DNA of 64,000 bases. It comes from the human T2T-CHM13v2.0 reference genome, Homo sapiens. Under the pieces are notes generated by a model. It did no database searches. It had not been told where the DNA came from and saw only the letters and a list, made by a program, of their open reading frames with translations. The stretch lies in the NCBI RefSeq assembly GCF_009914755.1, contig NC_060935.1. One strand, given 5' to 3'. Shown here piece after piece: positions 13,597 to 25,940 of this stretch. The translations under genes and the position numbers were made by a program. How positions within the stretch are numbered: position 1 is the first letter of the stretch; each line of letters starts with the position of its first letter.

Positions 13597-15641
13597 AATA
13601 ATGACCTCCAGCTCCATCCAAGTTGCTGCAAAAGCCATTATTTCATTTCTTTTTACAACTGAGTATTATTTCAGGATGTATATATACCACATTTCCTTTA
13701 TTCAATGGTTGGTTGATGGGCACTTAGATTGGTTCCATATCTTCGCAATTGTGAATTTTGCTGCTATAAACATGCATGAGCATGTGTCTTTTTCATATAA
13801 TGACTTCTTTTCCTTTGGGTGGATACTCACCAATGGGAATGCTGGATTGAATGGTAGATCTACTTTTAGTTCTATAAGGAATCTCCATACTGTTTTCATA
13901 GTGGTTATACTAATTTACATTCACACCAGCAGTGTAAAAGTGTTTCCTTTCACCACATCCCTGCCAACATCTATTGTTCTTTTTTTTTTTTTTGGCTTTT
14001 TAATTACAGCCATTCTTGCAGGAGTAAGGTGATATCTCATTATGGTTTTAATTTGCATTTCCTTGATTATTAGTAATGTTGACCATTTTTCATATTTGTT
14101 GGCTGTCTGTATATCCTCTTGTGAGAAATTTCTATTCATGCCCTTTGCCCACTTTTTGATGGGGTTATTTGTTCATTTCTTGCTGATTTGAATTCCTTGT
14201 TGATTCTAGATACTAGTCCTTTGTCAGATGTGTAGCTTGGGAATATTTTCACACACTCCATGGATTGTCTATTTACTGATTATTTCTTTTGCTGTGCAGC
14301 AGTGTTTTGGTTTAATTAGGTCCCATTTATTTATTTTTATTTTTGTTGCATTTGCTTTTAGGGGCTTAGTCATGAATTCTTTGCCTAGGCCAATATCTAG
14401 AAGAGTTTTTCTAATGTTATCTTCTAGGAATTTTATGGTTTCAGTCCTTATATTTAAGTTTTTGATCCACCTTGAGTTGATTTTTGTATAAGGTGAGAAA
14501 TAAGGATCCAGTTTCATTCTTCTATATGTGGCTTGCCAGTCTTCTCAGCACCATTTATTGAATAGGGTGCCCTTTCCTCAGTTGATGTTTTTGTATGTTT
14601 TGTTGAAGAGCAGTGGCTCTAAGTATTTGGCTTTGTTTCTGGGCTCTCTATTCTGTTCCATTAGTCTATGTGCCTATATTTATACTGGTACCATACTGTT
14701 TTGGTAAGTATAGTCTTGCAGTATAGTTTGAAGTTGGATAAGGTGATGCCTCCAGATTTGTTCTTTTTGCTTAGTCTTGCTTTGGCTATGTGGGCTCTTT
14801 TTGGTTCCATATGAATTTTAGGATTGTTCTTTCTAGTTCTGTGAAAAATGATGATGGTATTTTGATGGAAATCACATTGAGTCTAGATTGCTTTTGACAG
14901 TATGGTCATTTTCACCATGTTGCTGCTTCCTATCTATGAGCATGGGATGTGTTTCCATTTGTTTGTGTCACTTACAATTTCCTTCAGTAGTGTTTAGTGT
15001 TGTCTAGTTTTCCTTATAGCACTCTTTTAACTCCCTGGGTAAGTGTATTTGTAGATATTTAATTTTGTTTGCAGCTGTAGTAAAACACATTATGTTCTTG
15101 ATTTGATTGTCATCTTGCTTTTTGTTGGTGTATAGCAATGCTATTGATTCATGTACCTTGATTTTGTAGCCTGAGACTTTACTGAATTAATGTATCAGAT
15201 CTAGGAGCCCTTTGGATGAGTCTTTAGGGTTTTCTAATTATATGTTCATATCATTAGTGAACAGCGACAGTTTGACTTACTCTTTTCCAATTTGGATGCC
15301 CTTTTTTTTTCTCTTGTCTAATTCCTCCAACTAGGACTTCCAGTACTATGTTGAATAGAAGTGATAAAAGTGGGCATCCTTGTCTTCTTGCAGTTTTCAA
15401 TAGGAATGCTTTCAAATTTTCCCCATCCAGCATAATGTGGGCTACAGATTTGTCAAAATATGGTTTTTATTACTTTGATGTAAGTCCCTTTTATGCCAAT
15501 TTTGTTGAGGATTTTTTATCATAAAGAGATGCTGGATTTTATCAAATGCTTTTCTGCATCTATTGAGATGATCATATGGTTTTTATTTTTAATTCTGCTT
15601 ATGTGATGTATCACATTTACTGATTTGTGTGTGTTAAATCA

Positions 15642-15764
<123 letters not shown>

Positions 15765-17752
15765 CTATAGTTTTATTTATTTATTTTTTGTTATGTCCTT
15801 TCCTGATTTTGGTATTAGGGTGATAGTGGCTTCATAAAATGATTTGCAGAGGATTCCCTCTCTCTCTATCTTTTGGAATAGTGTCAACAGGATTGGTACC
15901 AGTTCTTCTCTAAATGTTTTGGTAGAATTCAGCTGTGAATCCATCTGGTCCTGACCTTTTTTTGTCGGCTTTTTTTTTTTTTAATTACTGATTCAGTGTC
16001 ATTGCTTATTGTTTGTCTGTTTGTTCCAGATTTCATCTAGGAGTGTTTTATGTTTCCAGGAATTTATCCATTTCCTCTAGATTTTCTAGTTTGTGCATAT
16101 AAACGTGTAAACAATAGCCTTGAAAAATCTTTTGTATTTTTGTGGTATCAGTTGTAATATGTCCAGTTTCATTTCTAATTGAGCTTATTTGGATCTTCTC
16201 TCTTTTCTTGGTTGATCCTGCTAATGGTCTACTAATTTTGTTTATCTTTTCAAAGACCAACATTTTATTTTATTTTTTATTTTTTTTGTTTCAATTTCAT
16301 TAAGTTCTGCTCTGATCTTTGTTATTTTCTGCTGGCTTTGGGTTTTATTTGTTCTTGTTTCTCTAGTTCTTTGAGGTATGACATTAGGTTGTCAATTTAT
16401 GCTCTTTCAGACTTTTTGATGTAGGCATTTAACACTGTGAACTTTAGCACTCTCAGCACTGCTTTTGCTGTATCCCAGGGGTTTTGAAAATTTCTGTCAC
16501 TATTATCATTATTATTATCACTATATTTATCACTATATTATCACTATCATTTCAAAGAATTTTTTAATTTCCCTTTTAATTTCATTGTTAACCCCAAAAT
16601 CATTCAATAGCAGATTATTTAATTTCCATGTATTTGTATAGTTTTGAGGGTTCCTTTCGGAGTTGATTTTCAGCTTTATTCTACTGTATTCTGAGAAGAT
16701 ACTTGATATGATTTTAATTTTCTTAAATTTATTGGGACATGTTTTGTGGCCTATCATAAGGTCTATTTTGGAGAATGTTCCATGTGCTGATGAGAAGAAT
16801 GTATATTGTACAGTTGTTGGGAAGAATGTTCTGTAAATATCTGTGATGTCCATTTGTTCTAGGGTATAGTTTCATTCCATTGTTTCTTTGTTGATTTTCA
16901 TTCTTGATCTGTCTAGTGCTGTCAGTGGAGTATTGAAGTCCACCACTATTATTGTGTTGCCGTCTAATGTTTTAGGTCTAGTAGTAATTACTATATAAAT
17001 CTGGAAACTCTAGTGTTACGTGCATATAAATTTAGGATTGTAATATCTTCTTGTTGGATTGATTCTTTTAGCATTAAATAATGGCCTTCTTTGTATTTTT
17101 TTTACTGTTGTTGCTTCAAAGTCTGTTTTGGTTGGTATAAGAATAGCTATTCCTGCTCACTTTTGTTTTCCATTTGCATGAGATACCTTTTTCCATCCTT
17201 TTACCTTGAGTTTATATGAACCCTTATGTGTTAGGTGAGTTTCTTGAAGTCACCAGATATTTGGTTGGTAGGTTTTTAAAATCCATTCTGCCATTCTGTA
17301 TCTTTTAAGTGGATCATTTAGGCCATTTACAGTCAGTGTTAATTTTGAGATATGAGGTAGTGTTCTATTCATCATGTTAGTTGTTACCTACTTTGTTTTT
17401 TCATTGTGTTATTGTCTTATAGGCCCTGTGAATTATCTACTTTCAGAAGGTTCTATTTTGGTGAATACCAAGCTTTTGTTTCAAGATTAAGAACTCCTTT
17501 TAGCAATTCTTGTAGTGCTGGTTTGATAGTGGCAAATTCCCTCAGTGCTTGTTTGTCTAAAAAAGAATTTATCACTCCTTTATTTATGAAACTTAATTTT
17601 ACTGGATACCAAATTTTTGACTGACAATTGTTCTGTTTAAGGAAGCTAAAGATAGGACACCAGTTCCTCTAGCTTGTAAGGTTTCTGCTGAGAGGTTTGC
17701 TGTTAGTCTGATAGGTTTTTCTTATATGTTATCTGATGGTTTTGTCTCACAG

Positions 17753-17961
17753 TGCATATATACACATATACACGATATATATACATACACACATATGTAT
17801 ATATGCATATATACACATATACATATATACACATATACATATACACATATACGCATATATACGTATACGTGTATATGTGTATATATGCATATATACATAT
17901 ACTCACATGTATATATCATTCAGTATACACGTATATACATATATACATATATATACACATA
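17753..17961 (+). repeat. Degenerate (TA/CA)n microsatellite
   Basis: About 200 bp of tatacacatatac-like repeats at the junction of L1PB #1 and #2. Confidence 0.9.
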
Positions 17962-18307
17962 ACGTTTTATTTACTCACTGATAGGCATTTGGGCTGGTTC
18001 CATATTTTTGCAGTTGCAAGTTGTGCTGCTATAAACATGCATGAGCATGTGTCTTTTTTATATAATGACTTCTTTTTATATAATTACTTCTTTTTCTCTG
18101 GGTAGATGCCCAGTAGTGGGATTGCTGGATCAAATGATAGGTCTACTTTTAGTTCTTTAAGGAATCTCCACGCTGTTTTTGATAGCGTTTATACTAATTT
18201 ACATTCACGCCAGCATGTAAAGTTGTTCCCTTTTCACAATACCCATGCCAACATTTGTTTTTTTGATTATGGCCATTATTGCAGGAGTAACATGGTATCG
18301 CATTGTA

Positions 18308-18357
18308 GTATACGTATGTAACAAACCTGCATGTTGTGCACATGTACCCTAGAACTT
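18308..18357 (+). mobile_element. 50-bp L1PA 3'UTR fragment with no poly(A) or TSD
   Basis: gtatacgtatgtaacaaacctgcatgttgtgcacatgtaccctagaactt is nearly identical to 63940-63989 and 428-477. Confidence 0.9.
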
Positions 18358-21300
18358 GATTTGCATTTCCCTGATAATTAGTGATGTTGAGCATTTTTTT
18401 TCATGTTTGTTGGCCATTTGTATATCTTCTTTAGAGAATTGTGTATTCATGTCCTTAGCCCACTTTTTGATGGGATTGTTTGTTTCTTTCTTGCTGATTT
18501 GAGTTTCTTGTAGATTCTGGATATTAGTTCTTTGTCATATGCATAGTTTGCAAAAATTTTTCTCCCACTCTGTGGGTTGTCTGTTTACTATTTTTTTCTT
18601 TTGCTGTGTAAAAACTTTTCCATTTAATTAGGTCCCACTTATTTATTTTTGTTTTTGTTGCATTTGATTTTGGGGGCTTAGTCATGATTTCTTTGCCAAG
18701 CCAATGTCTAGAAGGCCTTTTTCTGTTATCCTCTACAATTTTTATGGTTTCAGGTCTTATTAGATTTAAGTCTTTTATTCATCTTGAGTTGATTTTTGTG
18801 TAAGGTAAGACATGAGGATCCAGTTTCATTCCTCTGCATCTGGCTTACCAATTATCCCAGCACCATTTGTTGAATAGGGTGTCCTTTCCCCAACTTATGT
18901 TTTTGTTTGCTTTGTCAAAGATCATTGGCTGTTAAGTATGCAGCTTTATTTCTATGGTTTCTATTCTGTTCCATTGCTTTATGTGCCTATTTTTATGCCA
19001 ATACCATGCTATTTTGGTAACAATAGTTTCATAGTATAGTTTGAGGTCAGGTAATGTGATAACTCCAAATTTGTTCTTTTTGCTTAGCCTCACACTTTGG
19101 CTATGTGGGCTCTTATTTGGGTTCATATGTATTTTAGGCTTTTTTCTAGTTCTGTGAAGAATAATGGTATTTTGATAGGAATTGCATTAAATTTATAGAT
19201 TGCTTTTGGCAGTATGATCATTTTCACAACATTGATTCTACCCATCCATGAGCATGGGATGTGTTTCCATTTTTTTGTGTTGTCTGGTTTTTGTTTTGTT
19301 TTGTTTTTGCAGTGTTTTACAGTTTTTCTTATAGAGATCTTTTACCTCCTTGGTTAAATATATTCCTAACTATTTTATATCTTTATTATTTATTATTTAT
19401 TTTTGGAGCTATCATAAAAGGGGTTGAGTTCTTGACTTGATTCTCAGCTTGTTTGCTGTTGGTGTATAGCAGAGCTACTGATTTGTGTAGGTTGATGGTG
19501 TATCCTGAAATTTTACTGAATTCACTTACCAGTTCTGGGAGCTTTTTGAATAAGTCTTTAGGGTTTTCTATGTATATAATCATACCATTGGTGAACAGTG
19601 ACAGTTTGATTTTCTCTTTGCTTATTCAGATACTCTTTATTTCTTTCTCTTGTCTAATTGCTCTGGCTAGGACTTCCAGTACAAGTTGAATAGAAGTGGT
19701 GACAGTGGGTATCTTTGTCTTATTCCAGTTCTCAGGGGGAATGCTTTCAACTTTTCCCCAATCAGTAAAATTCTGACTGTGGGTTTGTCAAATATGACTT
19801 TTATTACCTTAAGATATGCCCCTTCTATGTGGCTTTTGCTGAGGGTTTTAATCATAAAGGGATGCTGAATTTTGTCAAAATTTTTTGCATCTATTGAGAT
19901 GATCATGTGATTTTTATTTTTAATTCTGTTTATGTGGTGTATCACATTTATTGACTTGCGTATATTAGACCATCCCTGCATCCCTGGTATAAAACTCACT
20001 TGATTTTTGCATCTGTGTTCATCAGGGATATTGCTCTGTAGTTTTTATTTTTTTAATGTCCTTTCCTGGTTTTACCATTAGGGTGATACCGGCTACACTG
20101 AATCATTTAGGATGGATTCCCTCTTTATCTTTTGGAATACTGTCAGTAGGATTAGTACCACTTCTTCTTTGAATGTATGATAGACTTCAGCTGTGAATCT
20201 GCCTGGTCCTGTACTTTTTTATTGGCCATTTTTTTAAATTACCATTTCAATCTCAATGTTTGTTATCAGTCTGTTCAGAGATTCTGTATCTTCCTGGTTT
20301 AATCTAAGGGGTTTGTATATTTCCAAAAATTTACACACCTCCTCTAGGTTTTCTAGTTTATGTGTGTAACAGTGTTCATAGTAACCTTGAATAATCTTTT
20401 GTATTTCTGTGGCATTAGTTGTAATATCCCCTGTTTCATTTCTAATTGTGCTTATTTGGATCTTCTCTCTTCTTTTCTTGGTTAATGTCACTAATGATCT
20501 ATCAATTTTATTTAATTTTTCAAAGAACCAGCTTTTCATTTCACTTATCTTTTCTGGGTTTTTCTTTTTGGTTTCAATTTCATTTAGTTCTGATCTGATC
20601 TTGGTTATTTCTTTTCTTCTGCTGGGTTTGGGTTTCGATTGTTCTTGTTTCTCTAGTTTCATGAGGTGTGACCTTAGATTGTCTATTTATGTTGTTTCAA
20701 ACTTTTTGATGTAGGCTTTTAATGCTAGGAACTTTCTTTTAGCACTACATTTGATGTATCCTGGAGGTTTTGATAGGTTATGTCATTATGAATTTTTAAA
20801 TTTCCATCTTGATTTCATTGTTGACCCAGCAGTCATTTAGCAGCAGATTATTTAATTTCCATGTATTTGTATAGTTTTGAGGGCTTCTTTTGGAGTTGAT
20901 TTCCAGCTTTATTCCACTGTGGTTTGAGAGAATACTTGATATAATTTTAATTTTTTTAAATTTATTGAGACTTGTTTTGTGGCCTGTCACATGGTCTGTC
21001 TTGGAGAATGTTCCATGTGCTGATGAATAGAATGTATATTCTGCAGTTGTTGGGTAGAATGTTCTGTAAATATTTGTTAAATCCACTTGTTCTAGGGTTT
21101 AGTTTAAGTCTACTGTTTCTTTGTTGACTTTGTATTGATGACCTGTCTAGTGCTGTCAGTGGAGTATTGATGTCCTCACTATTATTGTGTTGCCATCTGT
21201 CTCATTTCTTACGTTTGGTAATAATTGTTTTATAAATTTGGGAGCTTCAGTGTTAGGTGCATATATTTAGGATTGTGATATTTTCCTGTTGGACCAGACC

Positions 21301-23025
21301 TTTTATCATTGTATAACGTCCTTGTCTTTTTTAACTGTTGTTGCTTTAAAGTTTGTTTTGTCTGATACAAGAATAGCAACTCCTGCTCACTTTTGGTGTC
21401 CATTTGCATGGAATATCTTTTTCCACCATTTTACCTTAAGTTTATGTGAGTCCTTATGTGTTAGGTAAGTCTCTTGAAGACAGCAGATACTTGCTTGGTG
21501 AATTCTTATCCATTCTACCATTCTGTATCTTTTAAGTGGAATATTCAGGCCGTTTATATTCAGCATTAGTATTGAGATGTGAGGCACTATTCTATTCATC
21601 ATGCTAGTTGTTGTCTGAATAATTTGTGCTTTTTTCATTATTTTATTGTTTTATAGGTTCTGTGAGATTTATGCCCTAAGGAGATTCTATGTTGGTGCAT
21701 TTTGAGATATTTTTTCAAGATTTAGGACTCCTCTTAGCAGTTCTTGTAGTGCTGTCTTGATGGTGATGAATTCCTTCAGCATTTGTTTGTCTGGAAAAGG
21801 CTGTATCTTTCCTTCATTTATGAAATTTAGTTTTGCTGGATATAAAATTCTTGGCTAATAATTGTTTTGTTTAAGGAGGTTAAAGATAGGACCCCAATCC
21901 CTTCTAGCCTGTAGGGTTTCTGCTGAGAAATCTGCTGTTAATCTGATACGTTTTCCTTTATAGATTACCTGATACTTTTGCCTCACAGCTCTTAAGATTC
22001 TTTCATTTCTCTTGACTTTAGATAATCTGATGACTATGTGCCTAGGCAATGACCTTTCTGTGATAAATTTCCTGGGTGTTCTTCCAGCTTCTTGTATTTG
22101 GATGTCTACATCTCTAGCAAGGCCGGGGAAGCTTTCCTCAATTATTTCTTCAAATATATTTTCCAAATGTTTAGATTTCTATTCTTCCTTGGGAACATCA
22201 ATTATTCTTAGGTTTGGTTGTAATAATCCCAAACTTCTTGGAGGCTTAGTTCATTTTTTAAAATTCTTTTTTCTTTGCTTTATGAGGTTAATTTGAAAGC
22301 CTTGTCTTTGAATTCTGAAGTTGTTTCTTCTACTTGTTCAATTCTATTGTCGAGACTTTCCAGTGTATTTTGTATTTCTCTAAGTATGTCCTTCATCTCC
22401 AGAACTTATGATTATTTTTTATTTCTGCTGTCAATTTCTCTGGTGATTTTTCTATCCATACCGTATAACATTTTAAAAATTTCTTTAAGTTCGTATTCAC
22501 CTTTCTCTGGTGCCTCCTTGATTAGCTTAATAATTGATCTTCTGAATTGTTTTTCTCGCAATTCAGATATTTATTCTTGATTTGGGTCTATTGCTGTGAT
22601 GTTATCCATCTTCAGGTCTCTCAGCTGTGGATACCAGCACTTGCTCCGGTCAAGGTAGCAAGGGGAGTAAAGTGGACCCTGTGAGAGTCCTTGGTTGTAG
22701 TTTTGTTTAGTGTACTGGTTTTCTCGAATGCTGGTTGTGCTGGCAGTAAAGATGTCATGTGGAAAGACTCAGGACCTCTGGGTAGCCAGGATGTTACAGG
22801 TGGTGGAATAAGCTGTCGTTTTCTCTTTTCTTGGGACAGGTTTGTTTTTTTATGAGTTGCTATAATGGTTTGTGTTGGTTGGCCTCCAGCCAGGAGGTGG
22901 CACTTTCAAGAGCACATGAGCTGCAGTAGTGTAGGGAGGATATATGCTTGCCCTAGGGTCTCCTGGATAAGTATCAGTTTTCTCAAGTGATGGGCAGGGC
23001 CACAGAGCTCCCAAGAGATTATGAC

Positions 23026-23431
<406 letters not shown>

Positions 23432-24325
23432 TGAGCTCACACTCTCCTTGGGTGGGGCTTCCTGTGGCTGCTGTAGGGTATAGAAGTGTGGTTCTCAGGC
23501 TGATGGAATTACGTTCCCAGGAAGAATATGGCTGCCTCTGATGCATCATTTAGGTTTCCAGGGACGAGCAGGGAAAGCCGGCAGTGACAGTTATCACCCA
23601 GCTCCCACGCAGCCAGCAAGGATAGTACTACTTTAGCCCACCATGCTCCCCAACAGCACCGAGTTTATATTGAGGCAGCCGGTGAGTGGGGCTGGGAACT
23701 TGCCCCAGGTTACAAGCCTCCCTGCAGAGAAGGCCAGCAGGGTTTTCAGGCCCTGCTCCTCCCAGCCATGGTTTCTGTGGTCCTTTGTGCGCCAACCCCG
23801 GATTCTGCCCTGGAAAATTCACACTCAGTCGAAATCACTGCAAAGTTCAGCTGGAAGTTTCCTTCTCCCTGTGGTCTATTCCCAAATCAGCTGGCAGCCC
23901 ACCCCAAGGACCCCTGTGAGATAAAGTCAGAAATGGGTTCCCTGGGGGCTGGGAGTGCCTTCAGGGCTCTTCCCGCTGCTTCTTCTACTTTTATATTTGC
24001 TTCGCTCTCTAAATTCACCTCAGCTTTAGGCAAGGTTAAAACCTTCTCCGATGATCTGGATTTTCAGTCTTCCTGGTGAGGATGTGTGTTTGTAGGCAGA
24101 CTTTCCCTCTCACACTTTGGGTACTCATAGTTTTTTGGCTGTCTCTCAGAGAATTTGCAGCAGCAAGTCACTTCTTTCAAAGGGTCTGTGAAGTTTTTCA
24201 GTTTTCCTGGTATGTTCCTGCATTAATTCTTGGAGCAAAAGTTCACGATGTGAGTCTTCACAAACTGTTCTGTCTGTCCAAGTGGGAGCTGCAAGTCAGT
24301 CCTTCCTCCCATCCGCCATCTTCTT

Positions 24326-25940
24326 GTCAAAACTTGCCATTGCATTTTGCATTTTCTTATGCATGTCTTTCATTTCCAGAAGTTCTGATTGGGTTTTCTT
24401 TATGATATCTCTCTAGAAAATTTTACATTCATATCCTGAATTTTTCTTTTAATTTCTTTATATTGGTTTTCACATTTCTCTGGTATCTCCTTCAGTAGCT
24501 TAGTAATCAACTTTCTGAATTCCTTATCTGGTATTTCCAAGATTTCATCTTGTTTTAGAACAACTAGGGAGCTAGTGTGATCTTTTGTGGGTGTTATAGA
24601 AACCTGTTTTGTCATATTACCAGAATTACTTTTCTGGTTTCTTCTTATTTGGGTAAACAATTTCTTCAAATAGTTCTTGAATTAATTTTGATTTGACTGT
24701 GTCTTTTTTAAATTTTGTTTTTTCCCTCCTAAGGATGTGACTTTAATGTTTATAGTTTATTATAGCCTAATTTGATTCTTGGTGCTTTTAGGGATTAAGA
24801 CTATATGAGCTCCTTTGTTATAAAGAGTCTTTATATGCTGGCTTTCTCAGATGCTGGTTGTAGTAGTTATGTACTCAATGTGTGGGCAAGTTCACTGTCT
24901 CCTATGGGGTTGGAAAGGCAAGGATCTCTTGAATCTTATTCATTCCTCCATGTTGTGCACTTTATTTAATTTTTCCCCAGTATTTTATTTACTGAGTTGA
25001 TGGTTTAGGATTCAGATAAGTAGGGGAGGTATCTCTGTGCAGGAACTGTTTGTAGCTAAAGCAGGTGGGTAAATGCAATAATGCCAATGGTGGGCAGAGG
25101 TTCCAGCCTTGATGAAGGTGGCTGGGGGAGCTCTCAATTAGATGCACTGAGGTTTTATCAGGTTAAAGGGTGGGGGCTACCTCAGCTGCCTTGCCAGGCC
25201 AGCAGGAAAGCTATCTACATCACAGCCTCACTCCAGTCCCAGTGTCCCAGCTCTTCAGATCAGATAGGCACCTATTTCGGTCTGTAGGAATTTTATGTTC
25301 CAAGTAGAGAGGAATTATGAATCTGCCTCTTGTGCAAGCCTGAACTTGGGGAGTGCTCCTCCTGTGAGGATGCAATCATCCTGAATTGTTTCAGGAAGGC
25401 TGTATATAGGTGCATCCATGCTGAGTTCCCACGGGAGACGCCCCAGCTGTATTTGCAGTGGTGGACAAGGGGGAAACATGGGCCTCTTCTCTAGTACCCT
25501 TCATGAGCACTAAGGCTGCTTGCCTATTGGAGTAGAGGTGCAGACTTTCCCTGATGCACTCAGCACTGCAATTGTGTCTCTGCTGTAAGAAACTTCCTAC
25601 AGGTGAAGAAATCTGGGACTCAGGGTTTGCCATCCAAATTCTTTTGTCCCATGGGGTGTTCTTTTGATGTCGTACTCTTCCTCTTCCCCTAGGAATAGAA
25701 GCTCCTGAGAGCCAGACTACAGTGAATACTATTGCTCTTCTGGGTCTAGCCAACCAGTGGGGCTGCCACACTCAAAGCTTTTGCTGTGGAAATTCCTGAG
25801 AGCCAGACTAGTGATTATTACTGTTCTTCTGGGACTAGCCAACCAGTGGGGCTGCCACACTCAAGGCTGGTGCTGGGGAATGTCTGCAAGGGATCTGGTG
25901 TTGTAATTCATCTTCAAGTCTCCCAGCAGTGGGTACCAGC
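24326..25940 (-). mobile_element. 5' continuation of L1PB #1 (ORF1 N-terminus and part of the 5'UTR)
   Basis: ORF 24400-24669 (RRNQKSNSGNMTKQ..PKDHTSS) is an L1PB ORF1 N-terminus; the adjacent sequence is homologous to 22345-22650. Confidence 0.85.
25703..25882 (+). repeat. Tandem duplication with ~91-bp unit (2 copies)
   Basis: tcctgagagccagact...ctagccaaccagtggggctgccacactcaa starts at 25703 and again at 25794. Confidence 0.9.

Noticed and set aside
12978-13662. Long overlapping ORFs (100-217 aa) rich in Y/I/H/T/V/C
   Set aside because: Translations of the stop-free (TA/CA) microsatellite; not coding.
16495-16552. Micro-duplications (tatcactata)n inside L1PB, with similar small ones near 18055-18095
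   Set aside because: Ordinary slippage in decayed L1; no further structure.
17703-18105. Second cluster of YI-rich ORFs
   Set aside because: Same microsatellite artefact.
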